DNA of 64,000 bases from Ginglymostoma cirratum (Eukaryota), in the NCBI GenBank assembly GCA_024137785.1, contig JAHRHZ010000024.1:7960889-8024888 (forward strand). The letters run 5' to 3'. A program made the translations under genes and the position numbers. Positions 40,621-54,000 of this stretch are shown one piece after another; positions within the stretch are counted from its first letter, which is position 1; every line of letters begins with the position of its first letter. The notes under the pieces were generated by a model. It saw nothing but the letters and a program-made list of their open reading frames with translations, was not told the origin of the DNA and made no database searches.

Positions 40621-41419
40621 TTTTGTGATGTGCATCTCAAATTACTAAAACATGTTTGAATCATTATTAAAGGAAGCAAACCAGAATAGTGCATGAATTG
40701 AAGGATTTAGGAAGCATAATATCTGCATGGAGACGGTTGAGCAAATAAATAAGAACAAGGATGACAATAGGGAAGGTTGCACCTTTTTTTTCCCTTATCA
40801 ACTTGCTCAGTGATGTTGTTACATACCTCTGGAGCAGAGGGGACTTGAACCCAAGTCTATGTCATTTTGAAGGCTGGGACACTACCACTACAACCACAAG
40901 ACGGCCCAAGTGAAGGTTGTACTCGGTAAGTTGCAAATCAGAAAGCTAAATAGCCAAATCAAAAACTTATTTGTAAAGAACTGGACTTGGATTGTTGTTT
41001 TGTCTGATTGTGAGAATTGGACCTTACATACGGAGGCAACCACTAAATTGGTAAATAACTTTGAAATGTGAGTTTCAATGTGAGATGAAGTTCTGGGGAG
41101 AGTGAATGAAGAAATCAATTTGTTGAACATAATTATGAACAAGTAGAGTATGTTAGGATACATCTGAAGAGAAAATTGCCTTGTATTGTGGGACGTTTCT
41201 GAGGAAAAGAAAAAGGTGTGACTACTCAAGGTTTCATCTAATATAATGCAATTTCGCTCTCTACCTTGTGATACAACTACACATGTTTTGGTATAACTAC
41301 ACTTAGTAACCAAATCACCACAGTATGATTTGGTAACTCAATTCCCTTTACCTAATTATAAATATTCTTCTGAACTAATTTAATTTTAAGTAAAATATGT
41401 CCTTGACATATTGTTATCA

Positions 41420-42070
41420 GAAGGCCAGCGGCGTCCAAATGTCATTGAGCCTTCAATCCACAAAGGCGAAAGGAAACGAATGAGCCTGACTAATTGGTGT
41501 TTATTGATGTCCGGCCCTCATACAATTGTGGCGAATAGTGGATTTCTATTGAAATCGGATCTAATGAGTGAGACTATATGAAAGGCGCGACACAGTTCCC
41601 TGTTACGGATTTTTTTCCATTTAGTTGGGTGCTGGCTTGGATCAGCCAAGGAAAGGCGGACACGCGCAAAAGAAAATGGGATGGATTATTTTCAAATGGC
41701 TGCTCCTGGGGATCTATACGAACTGCTTGATTCTTTCTGACAGGGATGTTAATATTGTGGGTAAGTTGCTAAAGTTGAGCTAATGAGATCGTCAATTCTT
41801 AGGCATTGAAGGTAATTGACTTTAGTGTATGATAGTGAGGTTATTTAAAACTGGGTGTGTTTTAATGTAACTTAATATTCTAATTTCTCTTGCGCTCGCA
41901 ATGAGATTTCAATAGTTGTGTGGTTGAATGGCGCTTCGCTCTGTGAGCGCACACATTATTTTTGTAGCTTTGTGCTTTCCTCGCTGACTCTCGGCTTGAC
42001 CTGCAGGTGGGGATCGGTGTCGATTATTTTGGCAGATAGCCTGTGGAGATGGCTGTGCCCCGGTGTCTTG
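41420..42070 (+). promoter_or_regulatory. Probable LRP promoter / CpG-retaining island
   Basis: Dense CpGs (gcggcg, ggcgcgac, cacgcgc, tgcgctcgc, ggcgcttcgc) around exon 1 in otherwise CpG-poor DNA; TATA-like tatatgaaa about 100 bp upstream of the ATG. Confidence 0.6.
41676..41760 (+). CDS. LRP exon 1, signal peptide [28 protein letters not shown](G)
   Basis: Kozak aaaATGG, hydrophobic N-terminus, G|gtaagt phase 1 matching exon 2; lies in a CpG-retaining patch. Confidence 0.85.
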
Positions 42071-45000
42071 GCTGTGTGATGGAGATGCTGATTGTCCTGG
42101 TGGTGTTGATGAACAATGTGGTGAGATGAATTGCTGTTCTGTGAACGTATAATGGGAGGAGATGCATAAAGGAGATGAGCTGGGTTGGTGTCCCTTGCCC
42201 CATTCACTAATGAGGCTGTTTAATCAACTTGGTATGACCTATTTGAAGCTGATGGAACTTGAACTGGGATTGTTTTAGTCAAGAGGTAGTCACAGCAGTG
42301 CTCTTGTGGTTCCTTGGATGTTCTGTAATGAGTGGTGATCAAGTGAGACACTTTACTTGAAGTGTTTGGGATCACTTCAAGAGGAAGGCTGTGATTGGTG
42401 AAGCTAGCAACAACAGCCAGTGTAAAAGTATGGCAGGGTGCCAGTTGAATGAAGCTGAGCAAAACTGAGGTAGACACAATAAAAATTAACCAACAAGATT
42501 GTATTGTTGGTGAGGCCTATTTGTCCTAACTAGCTTGTTGCTGACTACTTTGGACAATTAATCAATTGCTGCTGGAGATTTGAGTGACATGTCAGATGCT
42601 ATATGTTGAAGCTGGTGCTATTCATCTGAGGATTTTTACTACAATCCAGCAGTAATTACATGATTTGTGATGCTAGCTTTTTGTACATCAATGTTTATTA
42701 ATTGAACTCTAATTTCTCAATGAGTAGCTTGCTTTGAATTTGAGCCTTAGGCTAGTGCTATTGTCCCCTACCATGTGCTGAAGCCCTATTGCCAATGGAA
42801 CTTCAGCTTTACAGAAATTTTTCTCTCCCATGACTAGGAATTGCTTCTGGAGGCAGACCTGCATCTTTCTCAGCAACGGAAGATGAGCTTAGCTGCTGGA
42901 GCCCACATACTTAAAATCCATTTTTTGCACTTCTGCAATCAATAAATTGCAGATCATGTGCAAAGTAATTGAGATTAGGATTTAGTTTTCTTATCAAGAG
43001 CATGTGGCCTAATTATACAAAATAAAAACAAATTCCAAATGGGAGTAGAGCTTCCACTTTTGCCAACTATGAAATTGAATGACTGTGCTGGCCTGGTCAT
43101 TTCAAATGAGACAGTGCTGCATTAAGGATTGTAAATTAGCTTACTGCCCCTATGCAATGTAACTTGTTAACTTCATATTTCTAATTGTTTCAATAATTGC
43201 CATTGCTACATGCAAAGTGATGGGGCATAAAAATTGGAATGTATTAACAGAATTGCCAAAGTGGAAACAGGCCATTTGGCCCAACAAGTCCACACTGACC
43301 TGAAGAGCATCCCCACCCAGACTGATCCCTGCAATTCCCATGGCTAATGCATCTAACCTACACATCCCTGAACACTAAGCAATTTAGCTTGGCCAATGCA
43401 CTTAACCCTCCCATTTGAACTGGGAGGAAACCAGAGCACCCAACAGAAACTCTGTAGACAGTTGAGACCATGTGAACTCCTCAGTCACCTGAGGTTAGCA
43501 ATGATCCTGGATCCCTGGTACTGAGGCAGCAGTGCTAACCACTGAACCACTTGCTGCTCTTGAGCAGCCTGGATCTGATTCTACACACAAGCTCAGATAA
43601 ATTGTATGTAATAGTGACAACTTGAAATCAAAGTAATCACACTTCGGGTAGGAGATGGTAAAGACTTCTAGATGCTGGAAGTCAGACACTAAAATGTGGA
43701 GCTGGAGAAGCACAGTAGGTCAGACAGCATTGGAGCAGGACAGTTGTTTCAGGTCTGGGCCCTGCTTCAGGTCTCCTAGCTCCAAGTAGAAAATGCTTTT
43801 AAATTAAAGCAGCTAAAGTTTGGTTTTAAACAATTTCTATAGACATTAGAACAAATAGCTGTGCTATTCAGCCTCTTATGAATGTTGTGTAGTCTTAATT
43901 GAAGACTAACTTGTGGAATTTGCATCTATCCTAGGGTATGCTAGATGTGGTGAAAAGAAAATTCAGTGTAATGATGGTGTATTCTGCCTTGATGAGAGGA
44001 ATGTGTGTGATGGAAAAACGGACTGTGCTGATGGTTCAGATGAAATTAACTGCCCAAACAAAACCTGCCTTGGAATGCAGTGGCAATGTAGGAACCAAAA
44101 GTGCATTCCTACAATTGCCAAGTGCAATGGTGTTGATGAATGTGGGGACAACTCTGACGAGGAATTCTGTGGTGAGTTCAGTGCTGTAATCACTGCAGTT
44201 CTAGAACATCAGATCAAACTTGCCTCCATCTGGGAGGTAGTGCAATCTATGGTGGGCACAAACTTAGCTTATCACTCCTGTTGTACACCCTTTTTTGGAA
44301 AGAATTGTCTCTATCTTCCCAGCTAAATATTTCATCAAATTTTAGGCAGGAGGGGAACAACCTCCCACTTTTAACATTGGGTTTGGATTCCAGATTATAA
44401 GAACAATGCTTTTCAAAACTAGTGTTGTTTAAGTGTGATTTGTCAATGCAGATTTTGCTTGCTGGGGCCCTCTGATTTGGGTAAAGAAATTCTGGGTCAA
44501 AGTATGACCCCATTCCTGCTTCTGAATGCTATTTGCTTCCATGTTTCTTGAAGTGTAAGTGCTGTGAACTAGTTTAGTCTCAGCTATAATGTATTCCTCA
44601 GGCTTTTAAAGTGGTGACAAAATCCTCCCCTACACTGAAAATCAGAGCTCCTATTGGAAGCCAATGTTGACAAACAATTCATGACAGGAATGCTTTGCTT
44701 TCACCCCAGTAAGTAAATGTAATTGGAGTAAAGGATTGTTAATATAGAATAAGCTAGAATATGTAGACTTGGTGAATACATCTGAGAGGTGCACAGCCTT
44801 AGTGGTTTCATTCCACTAATGCTTTAGTGGAATCTACAATTTCTGGATAGAAGCAGAAAATGAGCTGAAGCATGCCCCCATGCTGTGAGCACTCCTCAAG
44901 GTGCTCATAACAGCTTTGAGTGAAATGTGTACTAAACATAATCTTGCCTAACAGAAGTTTAAGGTGTCAGGATGTACAAATGCTGGTCACTTTGTATTTT

Positions 45001-48000
45001 TCTGTCAAGATATGTTTCATTGTGGCATTTTTAACACTTGGTGTTCCTACTTGTATATATTCCAAAAGCAATACAGAATGCATTGGATAGACCATTTAAA
45101 ACCCAGATTTTTTTATAATAGACTAGACTAAGCCAGTTTTTTCTTTGTAGAAGCTGAACATAAAGAAACCTGTTCAGAATACAAATGCAGTAACAAATGC
45201 TTATCTGAGAATAAGATATGTGATGGAATATCAGACTGCATTGATGGGATTGATGAACCAGAATCTTGTGGTAAGAGCTGAACTGCGTTTTGGCACTAAT
45301 TTTTGACATTTTCAAACTTTTTTAGTTCTCCATTCCATTTGCCTTAGTGTGCAAATTGAAAACTTCACAAATAATTAAATGGAGTACACTGTCCTCTTAA
45401 AGACTGCCTGTTTTTAAGTGTTATTCAAAATCAATGTGGTGTGAATCCAACTGCTCAAGGTTTTCAGTATGACATTCCATTTCCTGCATCTTGATGCAAT
45501 GGATAAAGCTGCTGGTTCAGTGGCTTAATAAACAGATCATTCCACTATCTGTGCCACAAGTTCTAGTGGTGTGCCTCCAGAATGTTTACTTAATGGCCTT
45601 CGTTTTTAAACTTAAACTAATTAACTAGTCAAAAGGGAGTGTTTATGATTCTAGCAAAGTAGCCAGTTTGGTATTGCAGAATTGAAGTGTTCTAAACTTG
45701 TGATTTTATTGTGCAAGAATTACCTGCAACTTTTTTCCCTGCTTGCTGCTTAGGTAAGAAGTGTTGGGACAATGGTGGAGGCTGCAGTATGTTGTGTGAA
45801 GAAACTATTTGGGGTGCACATTGTTTTTGTCCAGCAGGCATGATTTTACAAGCTGACAAAAACTGTTCTGGTAAGAAACTAACATTCTTAACTTTTTAAT
45901 TATTTAATATAGTTTCTCTGAACTCTTTTAGAGACTTGTTACATGCTGCAAAATTGTCACATGTTTTAACAATACACAACCACAGATGCTGAAGATCTGA
46001 AGCAAAAATTGCTGGAGGAACTCTTCAGATCAGGCTTCATCTGAAGAGAAAGCAGTTAACATCTTGCATTCTGATACATTAATTCAGCTTTCTCTATCAG
46101 AATGCAAGATGTTAACTGCTTTCTCTTCAGATGCTGCCTGATCTGAAGAGTTCCTCCAGCAATTTCTTTGCAATAGTTTCTTCATCTTAAGGAATTTTCC
46201 CATGTCTTCCTCTTTGTTTCCAGAGTGGGGGGAAAACCAAACAATCTCAAGCTAAGAAGCCAAAATCTAAATGTGTAACTTAGTACCCAACTTGAATCAT
46301 GCAAACATTGCTCCGACAAATCTAGGCAGTTCCTAGGGAAAATATAGGAAGCTGTACTTAAAACTCAAACTTAAATCTCAACTTGAGTAAATGCTTTCTC
46401 CTCCCCAGGATCTAGACATTGACCAGACCAATACATATTGCCTATCCCTAATTGCTCCCAATGATGGTGAGATGCTTTCTTGAACTGCTGCAGTCTATGG
46501 TATGTAGGCATACTGACCACCTGCTAGGGAGAGAATACTAGGATTTTTGACCCAGTGACAGTAAGGATCAGAGTTCCAAATCAGGATTACAAAACCAGGA
46601 GAGGAAACCTTGATGGTCCCACATTTTGTATTTTTCCCCAAGCTTCGGGAGGTCACTAATTTTAGAAGCTGCTTTGGAGGCAACTTAAGTTGCTGCAATG
46701 CACAAGGTAGATAGTGATCCCTCCAATGGAGGAAATAAACGAAGACATCAGATGCCAATTAAGCAGACTACTTTGGGCTCAGGTCAAGCTTCTTGGATGT
46801 TGGAGGTCCAGTCCACAAGGGGAATGGAATATGACCACCACTCCTAACTATTGCAGATGGTAAGTGGGCTTTGAGCAGTCAGGAGGTGAGGTTACTCATG
46901 GTGGAATGTCATTCTTTGGCATGTTCTTAACCACCACACTTAATTACTTGGCTAATCATTCTGTTTCTAGACAAACGTCATCCCCAAGATGTTGACCATG
47001 AGGGATTATGGAAATGCCATATTGTTGAGGAACAATTTAGATTATCTTTTGTTTTCTTTTGGCAAATGTGTGCCACATGAACCAATCCCTTGATAGGCAT
47101 AGTGATCTGTTCTGTCTGACTCCACTAATGTCACCACTTGCAAAATTCATACCTTGCTCCTGCTTAACTCCTTGTGTTCTTCATTCCCTCCCAGCTGACA
47201 CTTTAGTTAATTAAAAGTTCTATTAATTTTAAGTATTAAATTTTTCAATACTTTTAATTCAATGAAACTTCAATTTACAACTGCCAATCTGGGTGTCATT
47301 TGGAATGAAATGTCTTTTTTCCAGACTGGGGTATGTTAAGCATCTCTCCTGCATTTGCTTAAGGCAATTTGTAAATTCCTGTTTAGTATCTGCTTGCATT
47401 CTCCACACTTCATGCCTGAGTAAATGTTTACTTGCCCGGTATATCTGCACAACTAATGTCTGTGGAGTCAAGTCATTAATAAAGCTTGTGCACTCTTTGA
47501 ATTTTTTTTTTACAATTGCACTGACCTGGCACAAGCCTTGCCAAGTGTATACACCAATTCCCATCTTGCTGTTTATGCTTCAGCTATAGTACTTAGCACC
47601 CTACATGTAATGTTGAGCAACTCCCAGAGCAAGATTAAACAACTAGTATACTAAAATGTCAGTATGATGTAACAAGCTTTGTGTAAATTATAAGGTGAAC
47701 TTAAGAGAAGTACCAGAGTCAGATGTACAGCATGCAAACACTTTTCATGCAACTCATCCATGCTGGCCAGATATCCTAAATAGATCTAGTCCAATTTTGC
47801 CCATATCCTTCTAAACCCTTCATATTCATATATACCCATTCAGATGTGCCTTTTTAAATGCTGTAATTGTACCAGGGTCCTCCACCTCTTTTTGCCAGCT
47901 CATTCCATACACTTCCCACCCATGTGGGAAAATCCTTTATTCAGTGTTTAAATCTTCCCCTCATTTAAACCTATGTTGTTCTTTAGTTTTGGATTTCCCC

Positions 48001-51000
48001 TGCACACTGGGGGAAAAGGCTACCTATTTACCCTATCCATGCCCTTCAGATTTCAAATGTCTAAGGCCACCCTCTGCCTCTGACACTTCAGGAAAATAGG
48101 CTCAGCCTCTCAAGCTCACCAACCCTAGCAAAATCCTTATTTCTCTTCGGAATCCTCTTCAAGTTTTACCACCTGCTTCCTATAGCAGAGACCAGAATTG
48201 CAAGCAGTATTTCAAAAAAGGCCTGTATAGCCACATAATCTCCCAACTCCTTACTCAAGGCACTGACCAATAAAAGCAATCAGTCTCTTGGACACTGTAC
48301 TTGAGCTATAATTTGAGAGCTCACTGTTTACAGATGCAAATAAAGGAGTATTGTAATAAGGAACTAAAGGACTTTTATGGGGTGGGTGGAAAGAACAAGC
48401 TGTCTGGGATTATGCAAGTACCAAATGTAATGGAAGACTTTTGTGAAAGAAAATGAGTTCTGAACTTTAATTTTTAGTTTCATTCTCTAATCAAGTGAGG
48501 AATTTAAAATTAAATTTTTTTAGAAGTCACACTATATTTTCTTACCACTTAGTTTTCACTAACTTGGGTGTTGGACTAAATTAATTGCTCTGAAGCATGT
48601 TGCCAACGGCATAGAAAGTATCAATAATTCTTTAACTTAGCTGCATATGTTCAGCTGAAAACGTTTGTGCTATGTTGTATGTACAACTGATGTGTATACA
48701 GGCAATTCAGTTTCTGTTTTGCAAGGGTCACTTGCCCTTTCAAATAGCTCTGCAAGCAACAAGTGTACATCCCAGATATGACTGACAATTTTCTTCTTTT
48801 GCAGAAGGCACTCACTTCCTAGTGACAGCTGGACAGCAAAGGCTAGGGATACTGGATTTAAACAGCAGGAAGTACACATCAGTGGCAGTTCACAAGGAAG
48901 TTGTGGCTGTTGCTTATGATCTAGCAAAAGCTGCTTTTTACTGGGTTGATGTGGAAGGGAATATATTTTGGTCATTAGCCAAAAACTCCAGCATTCCAAT
49001 TTACAGAGGTAATTTTGACTTTGAATACTACAAGAAATGTGCATGCCTAAAGAACTCCTGCAGTCAATAGGACTCTGTCTCCATCCTGTGGAATTATTAC
49101 ACCAACTTAAGGTCTACTGGAGACATTTTAATCTTGTACACTTAAATTCCTAACATGTTGAATTAAGTTTCAAGCATGGAATATGATTTGAAGTGAAACA
49201 GGATTTTTTCTGTCACTTTAACAGGCCATTGGCCATAAAGCTTAGGCTGATGTCTCTAAGCAAAACTAATTTCTTGGCATTCTCTACCTGAATACACCAA
49301 TAGAGCTGCTGAATCATGGTTTTTTGGGCAAGTATTTAGAATTAAAGCTTGTTAAACATACTCATTTGTTTGAATAGGGCATTTGAGCTGGTCACAGCAC
49401 AAGCAAGGCCTGCACCCAAAATTTTCTCTAAGAGGACTAGGTGTGAGCATATGGCTAGTCATCTATCCATCCTCCCTCTTGCCCCTCAAAAGCTATTGAA
49501 GGCTTTTAGTTGGGAAGACAGCAACAGACAAGTCTGTGGTATCATGTTGGTTATTCTGTAGTGATCGTGGACTCAATTTGCAAGGGGAGCTGACGAGCAG
49601 TTCTATGACTGCTAACAAGACTCATGATATGTTTCCTTCATGCTAGGGCCAAGCATATGAGTAGCTGCAGGGCCCTCTGAAGGAGAGGGTGAACAATCCA
49701 GTGGTTATGGAACATTTCTATATCAAGAACATTAGTTTAACAGGGCTTGCAACAAGAAGTTGATTAGCAGATTGAAGGATTTGTGTGGTCTTAATCTTGG
49801 CTTACTTCCAGTGCTATGTGCTACTGAGTGGACACCTAGAAAGATAGATCAGATGAACATGTGGCAAGAGGGAGGACTTCCAATTTTGGGTCATTGGGAT
49901 ACTTTCTGTGGAAAGTGGGACCCATGTAATCCATCCAGCTTGGACCTAGAGAGAAATAGATCCAGTATCCCCACTGGGAGCCTTCTCCATTTTGCGAGAA
50001 AAGTTGAAACTACCTCTAGTAGAGGATGGGGCACTCTGCTTGCTCCAAACATTAGATCAAAAATAAGTATACTAGACAATCCAGCAGGTGGAGGAGACAT
50101 GACATGATGAGGCACATGAGTGGTTCAAAGTTGAATTTTAATTCCGAGCTTATCTAGTAAGGTGGGTGAACCTGAAGTGTTGATGTGGGAATGATTATTG
50201 CAGTTACTGACATTTGTCCTTGAATAAAGGGAAGGACTAGCAGTTCAACATTCTAGGATACAGTTTCAGGCATGACTGGGGATGTAAGAGGTAGAAGTAT
50301 TGTCCTTAGCATTGAGACTCTTTTCCTCAAGTGGGAAAATATCTTCACTACTTCAAATGAAGCCATCTGGGTAGAGTTTAGAAATATAAAGGTGAAGTCA
50401 CCACCTCTGGGATTTTACTACAGGCCTCCCATCAGAGGAAGAAGGGAGCAGATGTGAGTAACAGTACAGTCGGGATTTTAACTTTGCTAAGATTTTCCTC
50501 CAGTGACAGGATTACAGTGTAATTTCTAACATAGACTTTATCTCCAGTAGGGCTAAGATGCTTTATCAGCAGGAATGAAGCCAGTCAAGTGGTTGACTAC
50601 TTTGGGAATAGTGCCCATACTCAAGTTTCAAGTCTTTGTGGAAAGAGATGAGGATAAAGCAGAAGTTAACTATCTAAATTGGAAAGGCCAAGTTAAATAT
50701 CACTAAACAGGATCTGGCAAACAGATTGAGAGCAGAGATAGTAGGAACTGCAGGTGCTGGAGAATCTGAGATAACAAGGTGTAGAGCTGGATGAACACAG
50801 CAGGCCAAGGAGCAGGAAGGGTCTAGGCCTGAAACATCAGCCTTCCTGCTGCTTGGCCAGCTGTGTTCATCCAGCTCTACACCTTGTTATCATAGGTTGG
50901 GAAGCAATTACTTTTTAGTTTTAAAAACTACATCTGGAAAGTGGGAATCTTTAACCTGGGTTCAGGGCCAACATCTCAAGGGCAGAGGTGGCACATCAAG

Positions 51001-54000
51001 CAAACATGGATGCTGAGAACACTCCCAAGGGGAAGCCTATGTTGATACTGAGTATTAGAGGCCCATCAGGACTGTAGTGTAAGAGGGTATTTGAAGAAAT
51101 TAGAAGGGAAGAGGGGCCACAGTGTCTTTGGCAGATTCCATTAAGTAAAATGCCTTGGCATTAAAAGTATGTGCCTTCCTTAGACCAAAGGGACAACTTG
51201 TGTAGAGCCAGAGGATATCTATGAAGTCTTAAATGAATTTTTGTAGGAAAAAGATGCGACATTGTAGTTGAAGACTTCATCTCCCCAGGGCCTGATGAAA
51301 TGTAAGTGAGAAGTTTGGGTCCTGATTGAATACTTTGGTCGCAAGTGACATGGCAGATGATTGGCTAGCTAATGTTGACCTTCACAAAAGGTAGCAGGGA
51401 TAGATTGGGTAATGACCGATCAGTTAGTCTAATCTCAATGGTAGAGATATTCTTTAGAAAATCAATTTGGTCTTAACACTTAGAAAGGCAGAGTTGGACT
51501 GGGGATATCTAGAATGATTTTCAGAGGGAAATCCTGTCTAATTTAACTGGCTTTTCTTTGAAAAGATGCATTTTGAAAAATCATTACCCTCAATGAAGTT
51601 TTTTGACATGGTCCCACATGGAAGGCTGGCCCAAAAGTAACAGCCAATGTGATCAAAGGTGAAGTTGACAGGGTGGTGAGACTCTGGTTCATAGGGAGTA
51701 ATTATAACCAACTTGTCCTAGACTTGTAAGTGTGACAGTCAAGGCACAGCAATGCCTCTTGGGCATCTTGGGTAACTTGGTATGTCTGTAAGGATCCTCT
51801 GTGGCTTTTACAGATGCACCCTTGAATGCATACTGCCTGGATGCATGATGGCCTAGTTATGACAACTTCTTTACCCAGGACAGTGAAACTGTAGAAGCTT
51901 GTGTGCATAGCCCAGCCCATACAGAAGCCAAACCTTCAATGCATGGGCTCCCACTTGCATCAGCCTTTGTGGCAAAAAGGCTACCAACATCAAAGACCCA
52001 TTGTATCCCAGTAATGCTCGCCTACATTTGCTTTCTTCAGGGAGAAGATTCAAAGCTTGAACACCTGCACCAGCAGGGTCAAGAACAGTTTCTTCCTGGC
52101 TGTTTAGACTGAACTGACTAACTTCAAAATGTTGCACTTGCCTAGTGTACACCCTATGCAACACAACCTATATACCAAATTTTTTACCCTATGATCTGCA
52201 TGTCCTTGCTGACTGTACTGCTCAAATCTTTCCCTTTACTTTGAATATTTTATTGCCAAATGCACCAATCAATTGGCAAACTGCCTCCTTGTCACATTGG
52301 ATTCAAAGGGTGGAGGGTTGTGTGACTGTAAGCCTGTGACCAACATATCACAGGGTTCAGTGCTAGGACCCCTTTCCTTTTACATCCATAAATGACTTCT
52401 ACATGAATGTAGGTAAAACAACACAACTTGTAAACATGCAAATGACATGTAATGGTGGTAATAGTGAGCAGGATTGTCTCTAGTCAGTGGTCTGATCAGC
52501 TGGTAAATTGGGCAGAGCAATAGCAGGTGGAATTTAATCTTTAAGTGAGGTGATGCATCTTGGGAGGCCATAAGGGAAAGATACAGACAATGGCTGGTCC
52601 CTAATGGAATACTGAAGAACAGGGGATCTTGGCACACAAGGATGTAAATCTGTCAGCCCAGCTAAAGAGGGTGTAAATAAGCACTCTGGATGCTTGCTGC
52701 CTTTTAGCAGGACATAACATGGAAGTAAGGAAATCCTCTTATGACTTCACAACATTGTGTGCCATCTTGGGCCTATCCTGTCCCTGTCAGAACAGGACAG
52801 AAGGCCATGACTGCACTAGTGAATATCTCTACCTTCTCCAGGATGTTGCCTGGGAAGACACCTTGAGGAAAGACTATATGGGTTGGGTTTGCTCTCCTCT
52901 CAAGCAGAGGATGCTGAGGGACTCTATACAAAATGAAGCATGAATAGGGTGGATCGAAGACTAGGATGTGAGTTTAAGGTACAGAGTAAGTGACTTGGAG
53001 GATCTGAGTTTTTTTCACCCAGGGTTGATGGAAACATGCTGGTAGAGGATGGTGGAGGAAGTACATGCTCAATGTGAGCATCTAGTTAGGCACTCTGTCA
53101 AAGCATAGACTATGGACCAAATGCAGGTAATGGGACTAGTTTGTAGGCTGGCATAGCCATGATTGGCCAAAAAGCCCATGTCAATGATTGTGACTCTGAC
53201 TAAGTAACTGAGATTTACTGTCACTTCCTAATACTGCTGGAAGTAAGAGCTACACAGCATATTGTACAGGGAATCCAGGAAATTGCCATGATGCAGAGTC
53301 ATGCAATTGCAAATAGTGACTCAGTAGGGAACTGGCAAGCAGTATCTCCATATGCTGTTGTAGTGGTGACAAACTTGGAAGAAGTCTAGGTGGCTTGCAA
53401 TGTTGTTTTTAATAGATAGCATACCACTGATAGTGAAATTGGAGGTCTTGACTTTTGGAATTACCTGGACCATCACTCTATACCTAACCAACATTGATCT
53501 TCCTTTTAACAGTGGGAGGTGACAGCAGCTGAGGGTGTTTGGGTCTAGGACCTGTTCATGGTAGAACTCTCTACTTGTAGACATTACTCAAAGTAATCAG
53601 TCAATTACTGACTTGATACCTTGCCACCAAATCTGATTCTTTATGAAATGCAATTCAAACCTTGTATTCCTCCCTCCTGAGAACTTTTTAAATTCTACTT
53701 GTTCACCTGATCTTCCTGCTCTGCCTGCAACACTAGATACAAGCAAATTAGTTCAAAATCCAAGTGATTAAAAACTGAACCAGAATTAGTGACCTATCAA
53801 GCCATGATGGATAACTTTCAATTTTTCCCCCTACCCCAGATAAAGGAGTGAAGAGTATTGCTATTGACTGGTTCACTGGGCTGATTTACTGGACTAACCT
53901 CCTTGAGGAGAGAATTTGTGCTGGCATGTCTAATGGCAATGGATTTGCAACCATCCTGGAGAAGAACATAAGACCAGAGCAGCTACTACTCCTACCAGCA

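Noticed and set aside
41430-41530. Oocyte factor motifs (TAATTG, CANNTG) in the LRP promoter
   Set aside because: Six-mers expected by chance; no conservation data available
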